A DNA stretch of 64,000 bases from Candidatus Danuiimicrobium aquiferis. GTDB taxonomy: Bacteria; Omnitrophota; Omnitrophia; Omnitrophales; Danuiimicrobiaceae. The stretch is from the NCBI GenBank assembly GCA_001804285.1, contig MHFR01000042.1, positions 14,725 through 78,724 of the forward strand. The letters are read 5' to 3'. Numbering within the stretch: position 1 is the stretch's first letter; every line of letters starts with the position of its first letter. The position numbers and the translations under genes are program-made. Under the pieces are notes generated by a model. The model saw nothing but the letters and a program-made list of their open reading frames with translations, had not been told where the DNA came from and made no database searches. This document shows, piece after piece, positions 25,082-34,272 of the stretch.

Positions 25082-25202
25082 CATAATACTCGTAATAATT
25101 AAATATAAGTCATAAAAAATTCCGGAATATTTTCTCGCGATAACGCACCGGCGGGCAGACAAACGTTTATTCCGTGGCCATGTAAAAAGAAATCATACAA
25201 GT

Positions 25203-25341
25203 AAAATTGTGGCCTTTCGTGTCATTCCCGCGAAAGCGGAAATCCATAGTTCGATGGATCTCCGCTTAAAGCACGGCGGAGCAGTGCTGCTTCGCTGCAT
25301 GAGGGGATGACATAAAGTACGGCGCCAAAGGACACAATTTT
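25203..25341. mobile_element. MITE-like element with a REP core (25220-25312)
   Basis: Terminal inverted repeats aaaattgtggccttt / aaaggacacaatttt around GTCATTCCCGC...GATGACA. Confidence 0.55.
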
Positions 25342-25436
25342 AATTGCATGCTCTAAAAAGACATCCCCAACCAATTCACTTTCCATATCTCTTAATCATT
25401 GCTATAATTATTCCTTTCGGAGGAAAGCGAGAAAGT

Positions 25437-26831
25437 ATGCCTGTTGCCAGCCAAAAGAGACAATCCGCCAAGCGGGAAAAGTTTGACCAGAAGCTTCTTA
25501 CCAATTGGGATAAACAGTTTATCTGGCATCCGTTTACGCAGATGAGCGATTGGGAAAAAGAGGATATTCTCGTTATCGAGTCGGGAAAAGGATCTTATCT
25601 GAAAGATGTGAACGGGAAACGTTATTTAGACGGCGTTTCTTCGCTTTGGTGCAATGTTCATGGTCACCGCATAAAAGATTTGGATCAAGCGGTGAAAAGC
25701 CAGCTTACCCGGGTTGCTCATTCCACTTTTTTGGGGCTATCGAACGTCCCCGCCATTTTGCTCTCAAAGAAATTGATCGAAATTATGCCGGAAGAACTCA
25801 CACGCGTTTTTTATTCAGATTCTGGTTCGGAAGCCGTTGAAATTTCGCTCAAAATCGCATATCAATATTGGCAGCACAAAGGGGAGAAAACGCGGAAAAA
25901 ATTTTTAAGATTGACAAACGCTTATCACGGAGACACGATCGGATCGGTCAGTGTCGGCGGAATGGATTTATTCCACGAAATTTATAAACCCCTTCTTTTT
26001 GATTCTGTCGAGGTGAAAGCACCGTACCGTTATCGCGACGCATTCATCGGGGGTGAGGAAGAATATACAAATGATTGCATTGAGCGGCTTGAAAATGTCC
26101 TTAATCAACACAAGAATGAAATCTGCGCATTCATCATGGAACCTCTTGTGCAGGGCGCGGCAGGCATGATTCTTCAACCGCCGGGGTATCTTGCGGCCGT
26201 CCGTCAAATAACGAAGAAATACGATATTCTTCTCATCCTTGACGAAGTAGCAACGGGGTTTGGCCGGACGGGAAAAATGTTTGCGTGCGAACATGAATCG
26301 GTTTCGCCGGATATCATGTGCGTTGCCAAAGGGTTGACCGGCGGATACCTTCCGCTGGCCGCGACATTTGCAACGGAAGAAATTTACCGGGCATTTCTTG
26401 GAAAATATGAAGATGCAAAAACGTTTTTTCACGGACATACTTATACGGCCAATCCGCTTGCGTGCGCGGTTGCGCTTGCGAATATCGAATATTTTGAAAA
26501 AGAAAATGTTCTTCAAAATTTACAACCCAAGATCAAAATCTTATGCGAAGGCCTGGAAAATTTCAGGGAGCTGAAACATGTCGGTGACATCAGGCAGTGC
26601 GGTTTCATGGTGGGCATTGAACTTGTCAAAGGCAAAAAAGATAAAACCCCATACGAAATGAAAGAAAAAATAGGAATCCGCGTCATTCAGAAAGCGCGTT
26701 CTCTCGGTGTGATTTTGCGGCCGCTCGGGAATGTCATTATTTTAATGCCACCGCTTGGGATCACCGTTGTGGAGCTCAGGAAATTATTGCGCGTGACGTA
26801 TCAATCGATCCGGTTTGTGACTGAAGGATAA
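25437..26831 (+). CDS. bioA: Adenosylmethionine-8-amino-7-oxononanoate aminotransferase
   Basis: IWHPFTQM, DGVSSLWCNVHGH, YHGDT, DEVATGFGRTG, AKGLTGGYLP. Confidence 0.95.
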   Translation: MPVASQKRQSAKREKFDQKLLTNWDKQFIWHPFTQMSDWEKEDILVIESGKGSYLKDVNGKRYLDGVSSLWCNVHGHRIKDLDQAVKSQLTRVAHSTFLGLSNVPAILLSKKLIEIMPEELTRVFYSDSGSEAVEISLKIAYQYWQHKGEKTRKKFLRLTNAYHGDTIGSVSVGGMDLFHEIYKPLLFDSVEVKAPYRYRDAFIGGEEEYTNDCIERLENVLNQHKNEICAFIMEPLVQGAAGMILQPPGYLAAVRQITKKYDILLILDEVATGFGRTGKMFACEHESVSPDIMCVAKGLTGGYLPLAATFATEEIYRAFLGKYEDAKTFFHGHTYTANPLACAVALANIEYFEKENVLQNLQPKIKILCEGLENFRELKHVGDIRQCGFMVGIELVKGKKDKTPYEMKEKIGIRVIQKARSLGVILRPLGNVIILMPPLGITVVELRKLLRVTYQSIRFVTEG

Positions 26832-26833
26832 AA

Positions 26834-27624
<791 letters not shown>

Positions 27625-27642
27625 GGAACGGTTTCCATTCTC

Positions 27643-29553
27643 ATGCCTAAAAAAATCTTAGTCGCAATGTCCGGCGGTGTCGATAGTTCTGTCGCAGCCG
27701 TTCTGCTGAAAGAAAAAGGCTTTGAAGTTGGCGGTGCAACCATCCGGATTTGGCCGGAAGGGCATTGTGAAGAAAAAAATGAAAATTCGTGCTGTGGCCT
27801 CCGCGGCGTGCGTGACGCACAGAGCGTGGCGTTAAAACTCGATATTCCCCATCACGTTTTCAATTTTTCCGCACCCTTTCAAACGGGTGTGATTGATTAT
27901 TTTGCAAATGAGTACAAGTCCGGGAAAACACCGAATCCGTGCATCGCTTGCAATCAATACATCAAATTTACGCTTCTTCTTGAGCGGGCCCGGCTTCTTG
28001 GGTACGATTCGATCGCAACCGGCCATTATGCGCGTGTTTGCTTTGATCAGAGAAGTGGACGTTATTATATTTCAGAAAGCAAAGATTTCTCAAAAGACCA
28101 ATCGTATGTGCTGTTTGGACTTCCTCAGGATGTGCTCGCGAACCTTTCGCTCCCGCTCGGGGATTATACAAAAAAAGAAGTAAGGGAAATTGCAAAAAAA
28201 ACAAAATTGAAAGTGGCTGACAAACCTGATTCACAGGACATTTGTTTTATTCCGGATCATGATTACGGAAAATTTCTGGAGCGGGAACGGGGAATGAAAC
28301 CGATAACGGGTCCGATTGTGGATTTGAAGGGGAAAAAACTGGGAGAACACGAAGGATACTATCATTATACGATCGGGCAGCGAAAAGGACTTCGAGTCCC
28401 GTTTCAGTTTGCGCTTTATGTTGTGGCGATTGATCCTGAAACGAATACGGTTGTGGTGGGCCCGAAGGCTGCGGTGAAAAAGAAAGAGTGTTTGGTTGGA
28501 AACGTGCAATGGTTTTTACCTCCGGATAGCAAAATCCAAAAACCGATTGAAGCAAAAATCCGAGCGCGGCACAATAAAGCACCCGCGAAAATTGAGATCG
28601 TTTCCAATGACGAAGTGAAAGTTGTCTTTGATGAGCCGCAGGACGCGATTACGCCGGGGCAGGCGTGTGTATTTTATGATGGGACGCAAGTACTGGGCGG
28701 CGGCTGGATTGAAAAATTTCCATGGCCACATCCTTTTGCGGCCGGTTCTGCCGGTTACCAAAAATTGAAGCAAATTATTTCCGGATATCAAAGTGTGGTC
28801 GTCGCATTTTCCGGAGGGGTTGATTCGGCCCTTCTGCTTAGAGTTGCTTATGATGTATTAGGCCGGGATTCGGTTTTAGCCGTGACTGCGGCCAGTGAAT
28901 CGATCGCTTCGCGTGAACTCGAGGAAGCCAAGCGGATTGGGAAGGAAATCGGCGTCAACCACCGGATTGTTTCAACGATGGAAATCAAAAATCCAAATTA
29001 TATATCAAACTCCAACCGGCGCTGTTATCACTGCAAAGGGGAATTATATAAACAGTTGAAGGATTTATTGAAAGAAACCGGATTCAGAGAAATCATTTGC
29101 GGGACAAATATGGACGACCTTTCTGATTTTCGTCCCGGGCACGATGCCGCAAGCGAATATGGCGTCAAAAATCCGCTTGTTGAGGCGGGGCTTCATAAAC
29201 ATGATGTCCGGGCCCTAAGCCGAGAGCTGGGCTTGCCGGTTTGGGATAAACCGGCCTCGCCATGCCTTGCCAGCCGCATTCCTTATGGAAGCGAGATTAA
29301 ACCGGAAAAATTACGTCAAATCGAGAATGGGGAGAACTTTCTGAAAGATCTTAGTTTTCGGGAGGTCCGGCTAAGGCATTTTGGCCAAAATGCAAAAATT
29401 GAGCTTGGCGAAGAAGAGTTAAATCGATTGAAAGATCACGAATTGCGTGAGAAAATCATTCAGTTTATTCGCTCTCTTGGCTTTGAAACCGTGGTTTTTG
29501 AACCGTTTCGAAGCGGCAATTTGAATGACAAGCGAACGGAAAATAACCAATGA
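27643..29553 (+). CDS. mnmA: tRNA 2-thiouridylase MnmA fused to a LarE-like ATP-dependent sulfur transferase
   Basis: N-half: AMSGGVDSS, TPNPCIACN, ATGHYA, KDQSY, DSQDICF, ITPGQ. C-half: second PP-loop AFSGGVDS, RCYHCK, DFRPG, WDKPASPCLASRIPYG. Confidence 0.88.
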   Translation: MPKKILVAMSGGVDSSVAAVLLKEKGFEVGGATIRIWPEGHCEEKNENSCCGLRGVRDAQSVALKLDIPHHVFNFSAPFQTGVIDYFANEYKSGKTPNPCIACNQYIKFTLLLERARLLGYDSIATGHYARVCFDQRSGRYYISESKDFSKDQSYVLFGLPQDVLANLSLPLGDYTKKEVREIAKKTKLKVADKPDSQDICFIPDHDYGKFLERERGMKPITGPIVDLKGKKLGEHEGYYHYTIGQRKGLRVPFQFALYVVAIDPETNTVVVGPKAAVKKKECLVGNVQWFLPPDSKIQKPIEAKIRARHNKAPAKIEIVSNDEVKVVFDEPQDAITPGQACVFYDGTQVLGGGWIEKFPWPHPFAAGSAGYQKLKQIISGYQSVVVAFSGGVDSALLLRVAYDVLGRDSVLAVTAASESIASRELEEAKRIGKEIGVNHRIVSTMEIKNPNYISNSNRRCYHCKGELYKQLKDLLKETGFREIICGTNMDDLSDFRPGHDAASEYGVKNPLVEAGLHKHDVRALSRELGLPVWDKPASPCLASRIPYGSEIKPEKLRQIENGENFLKDLSFREVRLRHFGQNAKIELGEEELNRLKDHELREKIIQFIRSLGFETVVFEPFRSGNLNDKRTENNQ

Positions 29554-29695
29554 TCATTTCTTGGGCATAGTCCGCCACTAAAGCGTTTGCGCCAAAAGGC
29601 TCGGCGCATCCGCCGCGTCGTGTGGTGGAGGCGGATCCGACCACTTTTTTTGGCGGAGGATTTGGGCATTGGAATTTTTAAGCAAGAGGTTCAGG

Positions 29696-31033
29696 ATGAA
29701 GTATTTAAAGCGAGGGGTTCATTTACCCGAGAAAAAAGAGCGAAGCCTTTTGACGACCAATATTGTCCGCTCCTCAACGCCGCGCTTCATCGCTATTTCG
29801 CTTTTAGAAAAAGGGAACATTTCTGCGGTTTCATGTGTTTTCGAAGGGGATCGTGTGCTGGTCGGAACAAAAATTGCCGATGGCGTTGATTTTAAAGCGG
29901 TTCCCATTCATTCCAGTGTCAGCGGATTCATTTCTAAAGTAATGCCGGAACAAATTCAAATTGAGTCAGATGAACGGGACTCTTTGGACCCTGTCATTCA
30001 GCCGCAATTGTTTGTTTCTGAAAATCCGGACGAACTGATTGAAATTGTAAGACAAGCCGGGTTGGTTGATATGGGAAGCTGCTCGATTCCGCTTCATATG
30101 AAATTAGAAGAAGCGAAGATGGCCCATATTCATACGCTTGTCATTAACGGATGCGAGTCGGAGCCCTATTTAACGGCGGATCATGTTTTAATGCTGAATC
30201 ATGGGCTCGAAATTTTAAAAGGGACGGAATCACTTCGCATCGCATGCGGCGCCAGACAGGCGGTGATCGCGATTGAAAGAAATAAATTGGAAGCGGTCGA
30301 AATTCTCAAAACTAAAAATTATAGCCTTCGCTTGAATCAAATTGAAATCTGTTCGTTTCCTGTCAAATATCCGCAAGGGACAGAACGGGCGCTTTGCGAA
30401 ACCCTTCTTGAGCGGCCGTTTCGGAAAGGCGAATCTGCGTTGAAAGCGGGAATTCTTGTATTGAATGTCGCTACTGCTTTTGCGGCTTATGAAGCGATAT
30501 ATGTCGGGAAGCCTTTGATTGAAAGGGTGGTGACCGTGACCGGCGAATGCATTGCCGAAGCAAAAAATATATGGGCAAGAATCGGGACGCCGCTTTCCTA
30601 TCTCATCCATCAATGCAGAGGGCTTCTTCGCGATTCGGTCCGTCTTGTGTTGGGCGGTCCCATGACGGGGGAGGCGATCAACTCTCTGGATTTTCCTGTG
30701 ACAAAAAATACGACGGGGATTGTCGCGCTTCCGGTCGAATCAAACGATGTCGAAAAAGAAGCCCCTTGCATTCGTTGCGGTTTATGTGTGGATCGATGTG
30801 TCGCATCGCTTCAACCCGAAATTTTGGTCAAAGCCATCAGAAAAGAAAATTTTAATTTAGCGAAAGAATATAAACTGGAGGAATGCATTGAATGCGGAGT
30901 GTGTGCGTATATTTGTCCTTCTAAAATTCCTCTTTTGGAAATGATTCAAAACGGGAAACGGGCATTTTTAAAGAAAACCGAACCCGCACCAATACCTGAA
31001 TACCATGATGTCGAGCTCGCCACTCATTCCTAA
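29696..31033 (+). CDS. rnfC: RnfC/RsxC-like electron transport subunit, divergent
   Basis: PIHSSVSG, INGCESEPYLTADH, KYPQG, GGPMTG and two CxxCxxCxxxC ferredoxin motifs. Confidence 0.85.
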   Translation: MKYLKRGVHLPEKKERSLLTTNIVRSSTPRFIAISLLEKGNISAVSCVFEGDRVLVGTKIADGVDFKAVPIHSSVSGFISKVMPEQIQIESDERDSLDPVIQPQLFVSENPDELIEIVRQAGLVDMGSCSIPLHMKLEEAKMAHIHTLVINGCESEPYLTADHVLMLNHGLEILKGTESLRIACGARQAVIAIERNKLEAVEILKTKNYSLRLNQIEICSFPVKYPQGTERALCETLLERPFRKGESALKAGILVLNVATAFAAYEAIYVGKPLIERVVTVTGECIAEAKNIWARIGTPLSYLIHQCRGLLRDSVRLVLGGPMTGEAINSLDFPVTKNTTGIVALPVESNDVEKEAPCIRCGLCVDRCVASLQPEILVKAIRKENFNLAKEYKLEECIECGVCAYICPSKIPLLEMIQNGKRAFLKKTEPAPIPEYHDVELATHS

Positions 31034-31940
31034 GCTTGAAAAGATTTTTTCAATCGGGCCCAATCCGCATATTTTGTCACAAAATTCCGTCAATAAACGA
31101 ATCGGTTGGAACCTGGCCGCATTGCTTCCGGTGTGGCTTTCCGGTTTCCGTGTTTTTGCCTGGGATGCGGTCTCTATCCCGCTGATGGTGATTGTTTTCA
31201 GCGTTGGTTTCGAATGGTTATTTTCAAAATGGATTCATAAAAAATATATGTTCCAAAATGGATACACTGTTTTCCTTGCAATTCTTTTTGCGCTTTTACT
31301 TCCGCCCGAGATTCCGTGGTGGGCAATTCTCGTGGGCGTCTTTTTTATGACGATTATCGCAAAGGAGATGTTCGGCGGCTTGGGCGGAAATATTTTCAAT
31401 CCTGCGCTGATCGGATTAGCTATGATCATGCTTTTATTTCCTTCGTATTTTTTAAGTGAATCGGGATTTCAAAGAACCATTCAAATTTTTTCCGAAAGAT
31501 TTTTACAAGCGCCATTTCGAGAGCTCATGTTTAATGGCCGCGCGGAATTGCTTGGGGAAGCAAGTGCGATTGCGGTGATCATTGGCGGAATCATCATGAT
31601 TCTCTCTCGGACGATTAGATGGGAAACGCCTTTGATTTATTTGTTATCTGCCGGAGCAGGTTTTTTTCTTGCGGGAGAGGAATTTATGTTTCGGACATTC
31701 CAAACCGGCATTTTATTCAGCGCTTTTTTCCTTGTGACTGATTCCGTGACGACACCGATTACTTCTTCTGCCCGGGTGCCTTTTTTAATCCTTTGCGGGT
31801 TATTACTGGTTATTTTTATACAAAATGGTTTGAGCGAGGTCGAGAGTGTCGTTTACTCGATTCTGATTGGAAATGTGTTAACGCCGCTGCTGGATGCGGT
31901 GACTTATAAGAATGACGCTATTTCAGGCGTGGTCGGATAG
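31005..31940 (+). CDS. rnfD: RnfD/RsxD-like membrane subunit, divergent
   Basis: PHI, ALLLPP, KEMFGGLGGNIFNPALIG, FFLVTDSVTTP, ILIGNVLTPLLD. Confidence 0.85.
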   Translation: MMSSSPLIPKLEKIFSIGPNPHILSQNSVNKRIGWNLAALLPVWLSGFRVFAWDAVSIPLMVIVFSVGFEWLFSKWIHKKYMFQNGYTVFLAILFALLLPPEIPWWAILVGVFFMTIIAKEMFGGLGGNIFNPALIGLAMIMLLFPSYFLSESGFQRTIQIFSERFLQAPFRELMFNGRAELLGEASAIAVIIGGIIMILSRTIRWETPLIYLLSAGAGFFLAGEEFMFRTFQTGILFSAFFLVTDSVTTPITSSARVPFLILCGLLLVIFIQNGLSEVESVVYSILIGNVLTPLLDAVTYKNDAISGVVG

Positions 31941-32050
31941 AAGCGGTTTCGTAAGTTCGCACAAGTGTCATTCCCGCATGCTCTTAGCGGGAATCCACAG
32001 ATAATGGATCCCCGCTTTCGCGGGGATGACAGATCTTATGAAACCGCTTC
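31940..32050. mobile_element. MITE-like element with a REP core (31966-32031)
   Basis: Terminal inverted repeats gaagcggtttcgtaag / cttatgaaaccgcttc. Confidence 0.6.
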
Positions 32051-32071
32051 GAATAAGTTTTTGGAGAAAAT

Positions 32072-32584
32072 ATGGAATATGCTTTATTTCTTTTTACCGG
32101 TGTCGTAACGGCGAAAGTCCTTCTTTATCAAGCCCGATTAAAAAATATTCAAACCCAGTTTTTTTATCTTTTCTTCTATTACCTTTTGATATTTTCCGTG
32201 ACACGTTATCTTCATCAATGGAGCCTTCGTTATCACTTTGTGCTTTATGAGCCACTTCCCGTAATGCTTATCGTTTTTGTTTCTTCGTGGTTAGTCCCAA
32301 AACGATTTCGCATAGAAAAGACCGGAGCTCGCGTGCTGAATTTTTATATGGTTGGCGGGCTTTGTGCCGGGTTGAGTTGGCTCGTTTTTTTATCCGGGCA
32401 AATGGTATTTCTTGACGCCGCTTGGGCGTTTGCAATTCCGCTGTTATATATGATGCTGACGGCTATTTGGGAACGGCTTGCTATAACCGTTGTGCCCGGA
32501 AAATTTTCCGGGATTCCAATTTTTTTAATTTCTGTCGCGTTGCTTCTTTTGAGCTTGAACGGACTTTGTTCAATATTTAAATAA
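32072..32584 (+). CDS. Membrane protein, distant RnfA-like
   Basis: Several TM helices; the C-terminal ERL...VPGKFSGIPIFLISVALLLLSLNGL resembles the RnfA C-terminus. Confidence 0.55.
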   Translation: MEYALFLFTGVVTAKVLLYQARLKNIQTQFFYLFFYYLLIFSVTRYLHQWSLRYHFVLYEPLPVMLIVFVSSWLVPKRFRIEKTGARVLNFYMVGGLCAGLSWLVFLSGQMVFLDAAWAFAIPLLYMMLTAIWERLAITVVPGKFSGIPIFLISVALLLLSLNGLCSIFK

Positions 32585-32617
32585 GTCCGAAAAATTTCGC
32601 AGAAAATAGCCTTGAAA

Positions 32618-32646
32618 TTGGTAATTTACAAATGCGGTGTTATACT
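32618..32646 (+). promoter_or_regulatory. sigma70-like promoter for pilT
   Basis: TTGGTA-17 bp-TATACT with an extended -10 TG. Confidence 0.45.
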
Positions 32647-32697
32647 TATTCAAGGAAGACGTAGAAACAGAATATTAACCCGCAACCCGGATTGCAA

Positions 32698-33801
32698 ATG
32701 GATATTATTGAAATTTTGAAGGAAGCGCTGACGCGAGGCGCTTCGGATGTGCACCTCTCAGTTGGCCGCCCTCCGACCTTCCGAATCGATGGAAAAATGG
32801 TTTCGATCGGAGATCAAATTTTAAACGTCAAAAATACAGAAAATTTTATACAATCTATAACCTCCGAACATCACCGTTCGCAAATCGACCGAGTCGGCGG
32901 CGTGGATTTCGGATTTAATTTTGAACGGGGAGTCCGTTTTCGCGCATCCGCTTTTAAACAACGGGGATCTTACGGTCTTGTCCTGAGATTGTTGCCGAGT
33001 AAATTTTATACGTTTGAGCAAATCGGCCTTTCTCCGAAGATTGTTGAATTATGCAACCGTCCGCGCGGCCTTATTTTGGTGACAGGGCCGACGGGTTCGG
33101 GAAAAACGACCACGCTTGCGAGCATGCTGAATTTTATTAATGAAAACCGGGAATGTCATATTATTACGATTGAAGATCCGATCGAATATTATCACGATCA
33201 TAAAAAAGCGGTAACGACTCAGCGTGAAGTCGGGACGGATGTCCCGTCGTTCTCGGAAGCCGTGGTAAAAGCATTGCGGCAAGATCCGGACGTGATTTTG
33301 ATCGGGGAAATGCGCGATTTGGCAACGATGGAAGCGGCGATTACTGCGGCAGAAACCGGACATTTGGTTTTTGCAACCTTGCATACAACGGGCGCTGCGC
33401 GAACAGTCGATCGTATTATTGACGTTTTTCCGGCGCATCAACAGCCTCAAATCCGGGCGCAATTAGCATCAACGATGATAGCGGTGATTTCTCAAGTATT
33501 GTTGGCGACTGCCACTGAAGCCGGTCGTGTGGCAGCTTTTGAAATTATGATTTCGACACCGGCTATTTCCAATTTGATTCGCGAAGGCAAAACATATCAA
33601 ATCTTTTCCGAACTTCAAACCGGCGCAAAATACGGTTCATGCACGTTAGACAGCCAATTATTGGAGCTTTACCGGCGGGGAACTGTTTCTTACGATGAAG
33701 CGATTGCCAAATCTTACGATCCTGCTTTATTTGCTCAAGCGGCCGTTCAGTTTATGGACAAGAATGCCGCCAAAAAGATGGGTGTTTTTTCCAAAAGATA
33801 A
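32698..33801 (+). CDS. pilT: Type IV pilus retraction ATPase
   Basis: ASDVHL, GPTGSGKTTT, TIEDPIE, ALRQDPDVILIGEMRD, TGHLVFATLHT, AISNLIRE. Confidence 0.93.
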   Translation: MDIIEILKEALTRGASDVHLSVGRPPTFRIDGKMVSIGDQILNVKNTENFIQSITSEHHRSQIDRVGGVDFGFNFERGVRFRASAFKQRGSYGLVLRLLPSKFYTFEQIGLSPKIVELCNRPRGLILVTGPTGSGKTTTLASMLNFINENRECHIITIEDPIEYYHDHKKAVTTQREVGTDVPSFSEAVVKALRQDPDVILIGEMRDLATMEAAITAAETGHLVFATLHTTGAARTVDRIIDVFPAHQQPQIRAQLASTMIAVISQVLLATATEAGRVAAFEIMISTPAISNLIREGKTYQIFSELQTGAKYGSCTLDSQLLELYRRGTVSYDEAIAKSYDPALFAQAAVQFMDKNAAKKMGVFSKR

Positions 33802-33891
33802 TTCTTGGCCGTGCAAGCGAAGACGAAATTTTAGAGTCTTGGAATCGTATCCTTTTGGCACATAAAAAGTTATTATCGGATAAAAAAGCAC

Positions 33892-33920
33892 TTGATTTTT
33901 TAAGAAGCATTCAGTATCCT
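33892..33920 (+). promoter_or_regulatory. sigma70-like promoter upstream of polA
   Basis: TTGATT-17 bp-TATCCT. Confidence 0.4.
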
Positions 33921-34033
33921 GTTTCCTGGAGTTGATGGTTAATCCTTTCGTAATGTGACCTCTCTCAAAATTTAATCCGTATGATTTCAGGAAAATTAGG
34001 TGGATTATAAAATCAAGTAGGTTTAGTTGGTGC

Positions 34034-34226
34034 TAACCCGACCTTCTCATCGATTTGGCAAATCGACGAAAAGGTTGCTTTTGGCGCAATAAGGTGCGCC
34101 CAAAGTTTTGCGCCCTGTTTTAACAAGGGCGCAAAAGATAAGCCCTGCGTCGCAAAGATGCAAACCATCTTTACACCGCAGCTCTTACGAGCGGAATTTC
34201 TCATCAGCGATAAGAAATCCGGGCTA
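34034..34226. repeat. Multi-hairpin MITE-like element upstream of polA
   Basis: Ends taacccg / cgggcta enclose about five tandem hairpins, e.g. ttttgcgccct...agggcgcaaaa. Confidence 0.5.
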
Positions 34227-34272
34227 ACGTGCCTGCCGAAAAAAATCCGTTTAAGGTGATGGATTCAATTTT

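Noticed and set aside
34013-34204. 63 aa minus-strand ORF or tRNA-like structure upstream of polA
   Set aside because: No RBS or recognisable protein features and no tRNA T-loop or D-loop consensus; treated as a hairpin repeat.
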